DNA of 64,000 nt, from the NCBI GenBank assembly GCA_028534125.1, contig CM052818.1:12464001-12528000 (forward strand), in the 5' to 3' direction. The position numbers and the translations under genes were made by a program. The notes below the pieces were generated by a model. That model saw only the letters and a list, made by a program, of their open reading frames with translations, was not told the DNA's origin and ran no database searches. The DNA comes from Lama glama (Eukaryota). Below, in pieces: positions 1 to 12,588 of the stretch (positions within the stretch are counted from its first letter, which is position 1; the number at the start of each line of letters is the position of its first letter).

Positions 1-9
1 GAGCTGTGG

Positions 10-522
10 CAATGCCTTCACCAAGCTGGTGGTGAAGACAGATGAAAGAAATATACACAAAATGTGGGATAAATGCTATAGTGGCAGAATTATAAGGAGT
101 TTAGATAGCATTTTAGTTCAGGATTCTACCCTATTCCGGAGGTGGGGAAAGGAGTGCCAGCTAAAGGTGCTATCTTAAATGCTATATAAGAGCTCTCTCG
201 AAAAAGAAAGGAAATTAGTTTTCCAAGAGGAAGGACTAGTATGTATGAAGATCTAGAAATGAGAGAGGAATACATTGTAGCGCAGTTACAACAAAGAAAT
301 TTGTGAGACAGAGAGAGGTGAGAATTAGGGTAGGCAGGTGAGCAGAGGTCACATTATTCAGGGAATTTAAAGGCACATTATGGGTGTGGATTTCATTACA
401 AAGATAATAAGCAGCCATTGACAATTATTTTAGGGTGGTAATGACGTGATTAGATTTGTACTTCGGGCGGATCATTTTGGCTGCGTATGAAAAATGAATT
501 GAAAGAGAACAAAGTGTTGGAG
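10..522 (-). mobile_element. L2 LINE fragment (left part, interrupted by an L1)
   Basis: Purine-rich L2-antisense-like text (aagcagccattgacaattattttagggtggtaatgacgtgattagatttg...gatcattttggctgc). It resumes collinearly at about 3540. Confidence 0.65.
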
Positions 523-2407
523 CACTTCTTATTCCAGTCTTGTCAGAGAAGCCAGCATTAGACTTAACTTCTTACCTAAACAACTATTGAAGTAGACCAG
601 TTATGTAAAACAAATATTTTTAGGCATTGGACACCAGTCAGCGTAAGGCTGAGATCCTTAATGAAAAAACAGAACAAAAAAACCCCCATGTAAGTAATTT
701 TTGGATTCCTTCAGATTTCTGCCAGAGGAAATGTCCAACGCATGATACTCGAAAGCAGAAAGGGGAATTCTCACTGGGCAGAGTAAGACAGTTTGGTGTT
801 TTGGGGCTGCATACATGCCTGGAATTTGTGGGGTATGTTGACAGAATGAAATAACCACAGTGGAAGAGGATTTGAAATTTGTAAAGGGGTTCTCTGGTCC
901 TTGGGATACAAGGTGAAATTCCACAAGGCATAAGGCCATGGAACTGCTGATGAGGGGCAGACAGCTGAGTGAGATTCCTGATCACACAAAGATCACGAAA
1001 TGCCAGGAAGATGTTGGAGTTCTGACCTCAGTAGTTACAGACACCTTAATAATTAAGCCAGGTATTTAGTTGAAATCCCCAAATAGTAGAGGTCACACTC
1101 TAAGACTACTTTGCACTCATTTAACAAGTTCTTTGCCCAACAACTAAGTGGAAATTTGACATAATCTCACCCTGAAAAGCTAGAAAACAAGTCTGAACAG
1201 GATAAAATGATCCACCTATAATTTAACTACCTCCCAAACAGGACAATGGTATAGAAACTGATACAAAGATTCTAAAATGTATGTTGAAATAAAGTCCACA
1301 TTATGTGTATCTTGACTGGTCAAAACAATCTTGAAGAAATACAAATTTGGAGGGTTTTACTACCAAATTTCACAACATATTGTAAAACGACAATAATTAA
1401 GTCATGATTTTGGAGTTATGATTAAAAATACATCAGTGGCACAAAACAGACGTTCTATGTCCATATCTACATATATGCAATCAATTGCTTTTGCCAAAGG
1501 AGTTAAACAATTTCGGTCTGAGAAAGGAGATTCTCAGTAAAGTGCTGGGGCAACTAGATGATCACGTGGAAAGAATAAACATTGATTCTTTCCTCATACG
1601 AAGCATGATTGGCAGTGGCTCATAGACCTAATGGTAATAGTATTTAAATTATACAGCTAGAAGAAAGTATTTTCACAAGTTTAGGGTTAGTCAAAGATTT
1701 CTTAGGAAGGCTCAAGAGGTACTAATCAAAAAAGAAACAAATGGTAAATTGATTTTCATTAATATTGAAAATTCTTGCTTATCAAAAACAGTATTAAGAA
1801 GGTTGAAATCAAGCCACGGACTGGGAGAAAATATTCTCAAAACATATATCTGACAAAGGACTCATAATTAAGACTACACAAAGAATACCTACAACTTAAT
1901 AATTAAAGGAAAAATGACTAAAATATGGGAAAAAAAGACTTGAACAGGTGTTTAACCAAATCTTATGTAAGAATGTCCACAGTGCCTATGGAAATGTGCT
2001 GGGGGCCACTGGATCATGGGGAAAATGCAAATTTAAACCACAATAAGATGTGACTACACTGTCACTAGAATGACTTAAATGAAGAATAGTAAAATACTAA
2101 ATCTATGCTAAATATTGGAGAGGATAGCCAAGTACAAGTAGGACGCAAGTGTACTGTTAGTGGTAATGGAAAATAGTGTGTGCACCGTGGAAACTACTTA
2201 GCAGTTTCTTAGAAAGTTAAGAGTCTTCCAGAATATCCTTGGTATTTCCTTTTCTTGGTATATGTACTTTAATGAATGTATATGTTCATTAAGAGTGTAC
2301 AAAAATATTCATAGCATCTGGAACATAAGAGCCAAACACTAAAAATAGCCTAAATCTTTATCAACATGAGAAAGGATAAGCTAACAGTGTTACTTTGTAC
2401 AATGAAA

Positions 2408-2842
2408 CACATCATTTTATTGCACTTTACTGAGCTTCATAGATACTATATTTGTTTCAAATTAAAGGTTTATGGAAACCCTGCATTGAGTATGTCTATT
2501 GGCATCATTTTTCCAACAGCATTTCCTCACTTCATGCCTCTGTGTCATATTTTGGTAATTCTCACAATATTTGAAACCTCTACCAGTGAAAAGATTATGA
2601 CTCCCTGAAGTCTCAGGTGATGGTTAACATTTTTCAGCAATAAAATATTTTTAATTAAGGTATGTATGTTGTATTTTAGACATAATGCTATTATTGCCCA
2701 CTTAATAGAGTATGGTACAGTGTAAGCGTAACTTTTATATTAACTAGGAAACCAAAAAAGTTGTGTGACTTGCCTTTTTCGTGGTATTTGCTTTATTGCG
2801 GCAGTGTGGAATGGAACCCACAACGTCTCCAAGATATGCCTG
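2408..2842 (+). mobile_element. Internally deleted Tigger1-family (TcMar-Tigger) DNA transposon inserted in the L1
   Basis: Tigger1 left-end text (ttttattgcac...ggtttatggaaaccctgcattgag...cattttccaacagca) is joined to the right end (...ggaacccacaacgtctccaagatatgcctg) and followed by TA. The L1 text rejoins across it (acaatgaaa|tactatttagcaataaaaag). Confidence 0.85.
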
Positions 2843-3082
2843 TACTATTTAGCAATAAAAAGAACAAATTCCCAGTTCATGCAATAACATGGGTGATTCT
2901 CACAGACTCTGAGGGAAAAAAATCAAATATAAAAGAATGATTATAATTCCATTTATGTAAACTTCAGGCATAGTCAAACTATTCTAAGGAGATAGAAATC
3001 AGAATGGTGTTTGAATTGTAGGACAATGGAATAATGAATGTAGGGCATAGGGAATTTTCTGGGGTGAGAGACATGTTCTATG

Positions 3083-3395
3083 ATAGACATTGACATATAT
3101 GGTAGCAATCAGATGCATGTGATCATTGAGCACTTGAAATGTGGCTAGTCTGAACTGAGATGCACTATAAGTGAAAAATAGATATTGAATTTCAAAGACT
3201 TAATATAAAAACAGTATAAAAGATCTCAATGTATTTTAACTGATAATGCTCTAAAGTGACAAAATTGGGGATATATTGTTTTAAATGAAACATGTTATTA
3301 AAATTATTTTCATCTGTTTCCTGTTTTACTTTTTTATGGGACTACTAGAAAATTTAAAAGTTACATGTATGGCATTTGATTCTATTTGACACGTT
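3083..3395 (-). mobile_element. MER33-like hAT-Charlie non-autonomous DNA transposon inserted in the L1 3' UTR
   Basis: Matches the recalled MER33 consensus (ttgagcacttgaaatgtggctagtc...ctactagaaaatttaaaagttacat). An 8-bp direct repeat gttctatg lies at 3075-3082 and 3396-3403. Confidence 0.85.
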
Positions 3396-3539
3396 GTTCT
3401 ATGTCTTCACATATACATTGTTATATATATCTTTACACTTGTCAAATGCATCAAGATATACACTTAATATTTACATATTTCACTGCAGGTAATTTATATG
3501 TCAATAAAAGACTGTTAACATTAATAAAACAAAGAGGAG

Positions 3540-3720
3540 TCAGTTAGCAGGATAGTGATGAAATCCAGGTGGAAGATGATGGTGGCTTGCACCACTGTGG
3601 TGGTAATGGGAATGGAAGAATTCATGTAGATTCAAGAAATATTCAGAATGTAGTATTGTAACACTTCATGAGTAATCTAATGCAAGTGCATAAGATGGCA
3701 GATCCAGGGATTGTTCCTAT
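3540..3720 (-). mobile_element. L2 LINE fragment (right part)
   Basis: aatccaggtggaagatgatggtggcttg...gtggtggtaatgggaatgga is typical antisense L2 and continues the 10-522 piece. Confidence 0.65.
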
Positions 3721-5854
3721 AACCGAACAAAGTAGATGCAAACAAAATGTTCTGTTAGAACTAATGGAAGGAGTCTGCAGAGCTGAGTCTCAGGTAAGAG
3801 ACGGCTGGTCACTCCAACTGGAGTGAGAAATATAGCAACTATTTCTTTGTTCTCTAGAGACATCTGAAAGTTTCCAAATGAAAGGGTTGGTGATGAGGCT
3901 GGAGAAAGCCTCAGGCAGAAAGAAGGAGGTCGGGAGAAACAGGCAGTCCTGTGGGACTAAACATCCTCTCCACCCCAGCCTACACGTATGCTTCTCTGTT
4001 TGAGTGAACTCAGGTCCATGCCATCTTTGCCTATTTGTTTCAGACTTTTCACTAGGAACAGAGTCCTGACTTTTCACCAGGCTTCTGCCATTTACCAAAT
4101 CTTGATACATCCTCTTCCTCATCTCAATTTCTGCCTTGTCTATTAAACTTGTCCTACTTGACTAAAGAAGGGATGAAGTTATTTCATGGTACATATTTTA
4201 TGGATAACGGACAAGTGGGGCTTTTTTTCTGGTATGGTGAGAAGGGGAGGCTTTTGGGACCCCTTGAAAAAATGCAATCATGTAAACATGCACTTTCTTG
4301 AAACTGAATCTCTTCAAATCAGTTTGGTCGTAGCTGAGTGGGAGAAGGTGAGGTCTTGCCTCATTTGTAGATGACCTTTGTACTTTTAATAATTAAAAGA
4401 AAATTTCCCCCATCATGAATTACACAAACTTCAGATTTTAATGGAGTCATCTGATGGTTCTTCACTAGAGTCTCGTTTATCTAATCTTCTGTCCGCCTCC
4501 TCCTGTATTCCTTCAATTTTGTTCCTTTAGGGTTTTGCTCTCCTTTTTATATGTGGCATCACAAATAAATTAAAGAAAAATGTAAGCTACCTAATGATTG
4601 ATTGGCTGACTGCTGTATTGCCAATCAATCCCTTTTCTGGCTTATATCTATAAACTAAGAATATTCTGTAATGTTTCTAGGAGAGTTAACTTCAATATAC
4701 GTTTTTAAAATTCAAAAGCACATTCTTGCTGGTTGGTTTTTTACCTAAGTGGGAACACTCAGTTTTAGAATACAGTGAATCTTTGTTCAAGCCAACCAGA
4801 CTTATTTTTAGCATGGGAAAGGACCAGACATGATGACAAGCATCGCTGGATATTGAAGATCCACAGAAACTGAAAATCTTTGCTACATATGAAACAAAAG
4901 GTTTCACCATAAAGTAAATAATGTTAGACATCTTACACAAAGAAAATCACTTGTGAATTATAATGACGATTCCTGACATGTAATCACAACAAGTGTCTCT
5001 GTATACATAACCAGAACTTAGCTAACTCTTACCAAGTATATAATAATAAAATTTCTATATACTTGGTAAGCTTTTGTTAGTCACTGCATCAATCATTGTG
5101 ACAGTCCTTTCCACCAGCCAAAATCTTTATTTCTAACCTCTTCATTATTCTTGGTGGAGACTCTAATAAGCAGTGAAATGTCCAAAATGTAGGAAGCAGG
5201 AGGAAGTAAAAGTTCTTGTTAAGGCAGCATGGAAAATTCAGTTCCTCCTACTGTTTTTTTGAATCAAACCAAAACCAAAAAAAATCATCAGATACAGAAA
5301 AGATACAATTTTCATCACAATATATTTAATTTATAACTCTTTTTCTAGAAATACCCTTAGGTAAATAAAAACCATTTTACCTCTTCAAGTAGATTTACCT
5401 TCAGTTAAGTCACAAGATAATTTCCAAGAAAAATTACAAAGAGTATCTGCACTGTTAGTGCTATCAGGACATGGGGGATCTGGATAACTTACAAACCAAC
5501 AAACCAACAAAACACAACTGCTGAAGGAGGAAGAATTCATCTGGCCAGAAACTATCTCTGGAGATTTCATGACAAACCCCTTGCTGTGAGATTCAGGCAG
5601 TGTCACAGCCCTTCTGATGCAGATGTGGAAGGAAAGCCCCAAATATAGTAGCAACATTGATTTTCTCCCCAGCTGAGTCCACCTCCCATATGACAATTCA
5701 TATTAAAAAAAGGGGACAAGAAGGGGCGTTCCTTATACCATATTTTTCCGGGGTGCTTCTTCCGTTTGATAGACCTTGACACGAAAACTCAGTGTCCTAT
5801 GTCATATATTCCAAGTTCTAAGTATATGCCATGTATGAATTATATTATCTTAAG

Positions 5855-7858
5855 GGTTACAACACAGTGATTCATATTTTTTATAGATTATATCCCATTT
5901 AAAGTTATTATAACATATTGGCTCTAGTCCCTTTGCTGTACAATATATCCTTGTAGCATATTTATTTTACATGTGGAAATCTGTATCTCTTAATCCTCTA
6001 CCTCATTTTGTCCCTCCTCCTTTCTCTCTTCCCACTGGCAACCACTAGTTTGTTCTCTGTATCTGTGAGACTGTTACTTTTTGTTACATTCACTAATTTT
6101 TTTTATATTTTTGATTCCACATATGAGTGATATCATACAGTATTTGTCTTTCTCTGTATGACATTTCACTAATGCCCTCCAAGTCCATCCATGTTGATGC
6201 AAATGGCAAAATTTCATTCTTTTTCATGGCTAAGTAGTATTGTGTGTGTGTGTGTGTGTGTGACATCATCTTTATCCATTCATCTATTGATGGACACTTA
6301 TGTAACTTCCATATCTTGGCTATCGTAAATAATGCAGCTGTGAACATTGGGGTGCATGCATCTTTGCAAATTAGTGATTTTTGTTTTCTTCACATGCATG
6401 CCCAAGAGTGGAATTGCTGGATCATATGGTAGTCCTATCTTTAGTATTTTGAGGAACCTCCATACTGTTTTCCATACTGGCTGCGTCATTTTACATTCCC
6501 ACCAACAATGTACAAGGATTCCCTTTTCTCCATATCCTCGCCGATGTTTGTTATTTGTGGTCTTTATGATGATAGCCATTCTAACAGGTATGAGGTGATA
6601 TCTCACTGTGGTTTTGATTTGCATTTCTCTGTTGATTAGTGATGTGGAACATCTTTTGTTGTGCCTGTTGTCTTCTTTAGAAGATTGTCTTTTCAGGTCT
6701 TCTGCCCATTTTTAATCAGGTTGTATATTTTTTTGATATTGAGGTGTATGAGCTATTTAGATATTTTGGATATTAACCCCTTATTGGTCATATCATTTGC
6801 AAATGTTTTCTCCCATTCAGTAGGTTGTCTCATCATTTTGTTGGTGGCTTCCTTTGCTTTGCAAAAACTTTTAAGTTTAATTATGTTCTTATTTGTTTAA
6901 TTTTGCTTTTTGTTCCTTTGCCTTGGGAGACAGATCTGAAACCAATTGCTACAATTTATGTCAGTGCAGCTGGCTGAGGGGCCCGGGGGTCTCATAGCTG
7001 GTCTTAGCCTGCTGGTGGTTGTGGCTGGGGCCCAAGGGATCCTGGAGTTAGTACTGGCTCACTGGTGATTGAAGCTGGGTGCCAGGGTCTCTGGTGTAGG
7101 GCCCTGGGGACCCCAGGGCTAGTGCCTGTGTACTGATGTGTGGGGCCAGGTCCTGGTCCCTTTGGTGGACAGGGCCATGTACTGGAGTGGCTAAAGGCTC
7201 AGGAAATCTTCAGGCAGTCCGCCTGCTGGTGGGTGGGGCTGGATCAGGGTACTAATGTGCTAGGGAGAGATTCCAAAACAGGGCTTGCCAGCACCACGTG
7301 GTAGAGTGAGCTGCCAGCAGTATCTGTTTTGAGAGTGAGCTCCTCGTGGTGAGCTACATGGTGCCTCTCTGGGAGGCTCTCCAAGATCAACAGGTAGGTC
7401 TGACCCAGGCTCCTTTTAAATGACTGCTCTTGCCCTGGATCCTGGAGCACGTGAGATTTTGTGTGTGCCCTTTAAGGGTGGAGTCTCTACGTACCACTGG
7501 CCTCTGTGTCTCCTGAAAGTAAGCCCCACCAGCCTTCAAATCCAAACATTCTGGCGGCTCATCTTTCTAGTGCGGGACCCCTGGGCTGGGAGCCTGATAT
7601 GGGACTCAGTCTCTGCAATTGTAATTCTCTCCCGTTGGGAGGGGGGGCACCCAGTGGGTCTTGACTCTACTCCAACTCTACCCTCTCACCTGTCTTGTTG
7701 GGGTTCTTTCTTTATCACTTTAGTGGTAGGAGATCATTTCTGTTAGATTCTGGTCTTTCTCGCCTCTAGTCGCTGCACAAATGGCTGTAATTTGGATGTG
7801 TCTGTGAGACGAGGTGAGCTCAGGGTCTTCCTACTCCACCATCTTGGCCAGGGTCCTC
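5855..7858 (-). mobile_element. Younger (laurasiatherian/artiodactyl-type) LINE-1 with the 5' UTR joined directly to the ORF2 C-terminus and 3' UTR
   Basis: Minus-strand ORFs 6298-6624 and 6093-6347 give L1 ORF2 C-terminal peptides ([11 protein letters not shown]...[19 protein letters not shown]...[35 protein letters not shown]). The GC-rich 6963-7858 segment reads on the minus strand as an L1 5' UTR (ggccaagatggtggagtaggaagaccctgagctcacctc). Confidence 0.85.
6241..6262 (+). repeat. (TG)n microsatellite inside the L1
   Basis: Direct reading of the sequence. Confidence 0.95.
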
Positions 7859-10120
7859 TCACTGTGGTTTTAATTTATGTTTCTCTGGTTACTAATGACT
7901 CTGCACATCTCTTCATGCGTTTCTGTGCCGATTTTGTATCTTCTTTGATGAAGTGTCTATTAAAATCTTTTGGCCATTTCTCTTTCACTTTTATGTAAAA
8001 TAGCATTAACATTGTAGAAACTAGGTTATTTGTCTTATAAATGTCCCACATTCCAAATGTGAATGTGTTTGTTTGCCTCCACACCGTTTAACACATTCCT
8101 TTATTCCCTAAGTTTCCTATAAAACAAGGTTCTCGCAGAAGGCTTTATTAGTTTCAGGTTCAGCTCTTTGGGCAGGAACACTTTACTATTGGCAAAGCTT
8201 CATCTGAAATCACATCAGAAGGTCTTCATATTTTTTAATGATACTGACATTGATCAATGGGTCCAATTATTGTAAAGTTCTTCATTAATTTTTTTAACTA
8301 ATGATTGCTGCCTGAATCAATTATTTCATTAAAGTTTGCAAAGTTGTCATTTAAAAAAATTCTTTCATATTCTTTATTATAATAGGAAGTCCTCTGTACG
8401 GATTTTTTTTCTTCATTAACAGTCCATACAAGGAAAGATAGACTAAATGCTTATTTATTTCCTTTTAATTTGCAATCTTCACACTAAGGTGTTGGTGCCC
8501 AGGTTATTTCCAAATTTCTTAATTGTTGTCATTGTTTTTGGTTGGATTTCTCTATCAAAATTGAGTATCAACACAAATTGACTTAAAAAATATATTTAGT
8601 GAGTGTTTATTCATTGCATTCATTGTTTTTTTGAGGCTCAAGTTGTCCCCTCTTTGACACATGAGAGTCCTTCATACTGGTTCCTCTGTGTTGACAACTT
8701 TGTCAAGCTGATGGCAATAGTTACTGCCTCCAGGGAAGGAATTCCACTCCACTAGGAGCAGCAATTCCAGAAGTCAAACCACTCCATGGCTCAGGTCACC
8801 AAGAAAGACATGACTCACGCAGTTTTACAGTGGAACAGTTTTACTCACATAGAGAAGAGATGGGGCAAGATGAGCTCCAGTAGTGAACACTGGCTCCCCA
8901 CTGGCCAGCAGGTCACCTCCCTCAGCTGACACGGGGTGATGGTCTACACGAACCCCTTTTAAGCTGTGGGTGAAGGACCCTGTTCTCCCCTCTTCACTTC
9001 CCAACACCTGTGAAATGACATCATAGGTGCTTGGCCAGATGCCATATGAGACACATGCTTGAACAAGACAATGGAGCTTATATTGAGTCTGAAACAGAGA
9101 AAGATAATCCCACACAGGCCATGAGGGCTCCTTATCTCTTGGTAAGGAAGTTTTCCAGCGCAAGGCCCATTTTTATGTGGCTGGGTGAGGAGTCGAACAA
9201 CTGTCTTTCCCAACAAATGTCCTTTCTGTCATGACTCAATACCCTGGGTCATCCTGATGCTTCCTGTTCCGGGCATGGAATCTGCAAAGGAGTCCTGTTT
9301 CTAAAGAGAGGAAGGATATTTAGGGTGCTAGATTGTCATTGCTTGTCAGGCTTTCCAATAACATAAATTAAAAGGGAAAATATCATAAATTCAGCTTGAT
9401 ATCCCCAACTCAAATTTAACATTACATAACATCATTTTATTTTATGCTTTTATCTTTTTTTTCTTATAACTGAATACCTTGGCTCCTAATAACATTAACA
9501 CACTTCTTTTTTGCATTGCATTTCATTATATTCAAAATATTTTCGAAGTAATAAAATATCATTACAAGTAGTTAGAGCACTTGATGAAGTTTAAGATTCT
9601 TTCAGCTTTGTTTTTCCCTTAAAATATATTTCCTAAGGCTGTGCTCAGAAGCCACTTAAAAATCTTTTTATCTGTGTCGTGTTATCAGCTTGAGGTACAA
9701 TTAGATCCGCTTGTTTCTGTCTGGTTTCAATAGGAATTAGCTTTTCTAAAAGGTTTTATGACCAAAAACATATATTAAGTTTATCCAGAAAATTCTCACT
9801 TTTATCACCATCCTCTGCATTCATTCCTTCCCTAGCCCCATAGGTATCCATTTTTGTTAGTCTTTGGTTTATCCTTCCAATGTTTCCTTTTATAAATGTA
9901 ATAAATTTGTGCTTATAGTCGCAGGGAGTGATGATATATGATAAATGACATGACAGATAAAATTCTGCCTCTTGTCACTTTCAGTTAACAATACTTCAAT
10001 ACATCTTGGACATCTCTGCATACTAGTGTATAGAGAGTTTCTTTATATGTTCTTAACCACTAAATAGTATTCCATGGTGTGTCTGTATTATAATTTAATT
10101 TAGACTTCTATTGTTAGATA
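7859..10120 (-). mobile_element. Highly degraded L1M/L1ME fragments (ORF2 tail and 3' UTR), interrupted by an LTR
   Basis: cactgtggttttaattt...cttttggccatttc is antisense ORF2. tgattgctgcctgaatcaattatttcatt and tttttgaggctcaagttgtccc resemble old L1ME 3' ends. Confidence 0.6.
8689..9215 (-). mobile_element. Solo LTR (ERVL/ERV1-like, family not identified)
   Basis: GC-richer 527-bp insert with tgttg...caaca inverted termini. It splits the L1ME text (ggttcctctg|...|aatgtcctttctgtcatgac). Confidence 0.65.
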
Positions 10121-10179
10121 TTTGCTGTGGTCACAATCAATGGCTATGAATGCCAGTATCAATCTTACTCTCCCACTCT

Positions 10180-10512
10180 TTCAACCTATAAAAGTTGGGA
10201 AAATATACATTTACCAGACATTGCATTTCCTTTTTTATAAAATATCTTTCATGCATTAAAAACAATCAAGTTGCTTTGGAACATCTGTAACAAATATACA
10301 TCTGAAGGGCTACAATGAGCAGAAACAGTGGTGTTCTTGTCATTTTTTAACAAACAGCAACCCAAGAGAAAAATGAAAATGCTTCATTTGTCATATCTGC
10401 AGATTTTCATGTTGTAAATACTCCCACCATGGCCAATTTCAAGGCAGCAATGTGAAGTCACTGAAAGTGGAGTTGGGAAGAGGTGTGCACAATCCCAGCC
10501 CTAGCACACCCC
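10180..10512 (-). mobile_element. MER63-like hAT-Blackjack DNA transposon
   Basis: tgtaaatactcccaccatggccaatttcaag...gtcactgaaagtggagttgggaagag is the reverse complement of the recalled MER63 left end. The left boundary is uncertain. Confidence 0.7.
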
Positions 10513-10532
10513 CGAGTAGAACCCACAAGTGC

Positions 10533-11030
10533 CGTGGGAAGGTGGGGCACATCTGTCTCATCTGTCCTTCTGGATCCGCTCTCCCTTCTTCCCCATGCTG
10601 CCGGGAAAGCTGAGTTGTATGAATGGCACGAGCAGACGCCTCTGGCCAGTCGTGCTCCCTGTCTCCTGGTTGTGACCAGCCGTGCTGAGCAATGGCGGGG
10701 ACCAGAGATTGGTTTGTATTCCCAGTTTCTTCCATGAGAGGTCACCTCTGTCTGGCCAGGTCACTTGGCCATTTCCACCAGGTATGTGGCAGTACTTTCT
10801 GTGTCTGTCACTGTCCCTCTGTCTCTTTCTCTCCAGGTTCCAGTTACTGCTGCCTCCCCCTCCTCCTTCAGGCTAAAGAGCTAAAAGTTCCCCTGTGCTT
10901 CCTAACTGTACTATTCCTTTTTGTTTCCATGCTCCGTCCAAATTTTGCCAATTATCTTTTTAAACAGTTCTCATATCACTGAAGTAGAATGTGCTGTCTT
11001 TTTCCTCCTAACAGCATCCTTCCCGACACA
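10533..11030 (-). mobile_element. LTR16/LTR33-like ERVL LTR
   Basis: ctggatccgctctcccttctt...gctgagttgtatgaatggcac...ctgctgcctccccctcctccttcaggctaaag resembles antisense LTR16/33. Confidence 0.55.
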
Positions 11031-11634
11031 GAATTAATAAAGGAAATGATTAGGATAAGCCTTAAGATGAAAATTAAGTCAAATATAAGGTGTGTAAGCC
11101 CTTTGACTCCGATAATACTGTGAATTTGTTGGTGTTTGGTAACTTGCCCTGTACCTCTTTTATATTATTCCTATTATGCTCAACATATTGTACTGCCTGA
11201 GTTTAATATCCCATGTTTAAGTCAAAGAAACAAATGTACTTTAAAAAATGGCATTCTTCCTACTTAGGAAGAAATTAGGTAAATGAAAAATTATGCCTGC
11301 GGGGTGTATGTGAGTGTGTGTATGTGTATGTGTGTCTCTCTTAAGGAACTGGTCAGATAAGGAGTAAGAAATCCGACTTAATGGGTATAGTCATGATTTT
11401 AATACATCAGTTATCAGTCTTCTGATTCCAATTCTAGTTCTCTCTTCAGCAGATCTTGCTTTAAAAATAGCAGCAACATTAAGGAACAAATCAACATAAA
11501 ATACTTTTTAAAATCTAAAATTGCTTAATTGAAACTGAACAATTATACAAGTGAGAAACTTCTCTTTTAAAACTCTGGGTTTGTGTGGTACTGGCTGTTC
11601 CCTATGCTGACAGAAGGACACAGTAGTTTTACTG

Positions 11635-11760
11635 CGAGGGTGCTAGTGTTATGACCTTAGCTAAGTTATTTAACCTCTCCGTCCTGCAAATGCCTCCTCT
11701 ATTAACTGAGTAATAATTTCTTGGATTAGTATTTGCGGCAGAAGGTACTCCATAAATGGT
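11635..11760 (+). mobile_element. MIR SINE fragment
   Basis: MIR core text: tgaccttagctaagttatttaacctctccgtcc. Confidence 0.6.
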
Positions 11761-12569
11761 AGTGATGGCTGTCGATACCGTTATAATTCCCTCTTGTCTC
11801 TGGATTCCATCTAAATTGGGATTATTTCCTTGTATTCCAGGAGCCAGCATTGTGTCGGCTGTTTTTTTGCCCTGGAATTCCCATAGGGGAGGAGAGTGGG
11901 GAAACGAGGTGGTCTGTCCCCTTGGATTCATTGGCTCTCTTGTTGAAGTTGCTTTTGTTGGTTTAGCTAATTTACTTAAATATTTTGGGATTTGCTTTAC
12001 TTACTATAAAATGGCAACACTATTACTGCTTTGTAAAAGGCAGAGTGCCAAACATAGATTAGTAGTCTCCATAGCAGGTGTGATGAAGAATTGTAATGCA
12101 AGCAAAACAGTCACTGTTCACCTAGAGGTTTATACCATTACTTTGATTAATTCATAATCAAAGTGTGTGTTGTAGACAGATGCGCTCGAAATCAAATGGA
12201 AAGCAAATATATGCTATATTAATTTGTGGTTGGCAAATACTGTAATGTGACTATGGGCAGAAAATGCTGAAAGAGGTCTGTTCTCATAATATACCTAGGC
12301 TAAGCAGCCTCAGAATCTGTGCCCTTGTTTAACCTTCCTCAAGGGTAAACTGGTAACATTTTTCCTTATTCGACAATATTTGCGATTTTCAAACTAAAGT
12401 CACTTTCTGTGTGGAACTTTATTAGCAGATGAACAGATATCTGAAAGTGGATCGTTGAATTTTGATTGCTAGAAAATCCTCATGATTTTCTGTGTATATA
12501 ATTACACTTTTTTTTTTTTTACAATGGCAATGAGTTCTGACACCAAGGCATCATGTATTAATACCTTGA

Positions 12570-12588
12570 ATCCACTAGATGTCACTAT
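12570..12588 (+). promoter_or_regulatory. Candidate CTCF motif
   Basis: CCACTAGATGTCAC (12572-12585) matches the CCASYAGRKGGCRS core with one G>T variant and lies in unique sequence. Confidence 0.5.

Larger units (their letters stand above)
523..3527 (+). mobile_element. Ancient L1M-type LINE-1 with a 5' segment, ORF2 C-terminal remnant and 3' UTR; internally deleted
   Basis: L1M 5'-end-like start (cacttcttattccag). ORF2-like DNA runs from about 1255 (gactgggagaaaatatt..., aaatgcaaatttaaaccacaataagat). The 3' UTR ends in tcaataaaag...aataaa. A degenerate TSD is present: aacaaagtgttggag (508-522) and aacaaagaggag (3528-3539). Confidence 0.8.

Noticed and set aside
6093..6624. Protein-like ORFs with a Cys/His motif
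   Set aside because: Frameshifted L1 ORF2 C-terminal remnants, not a host gene.
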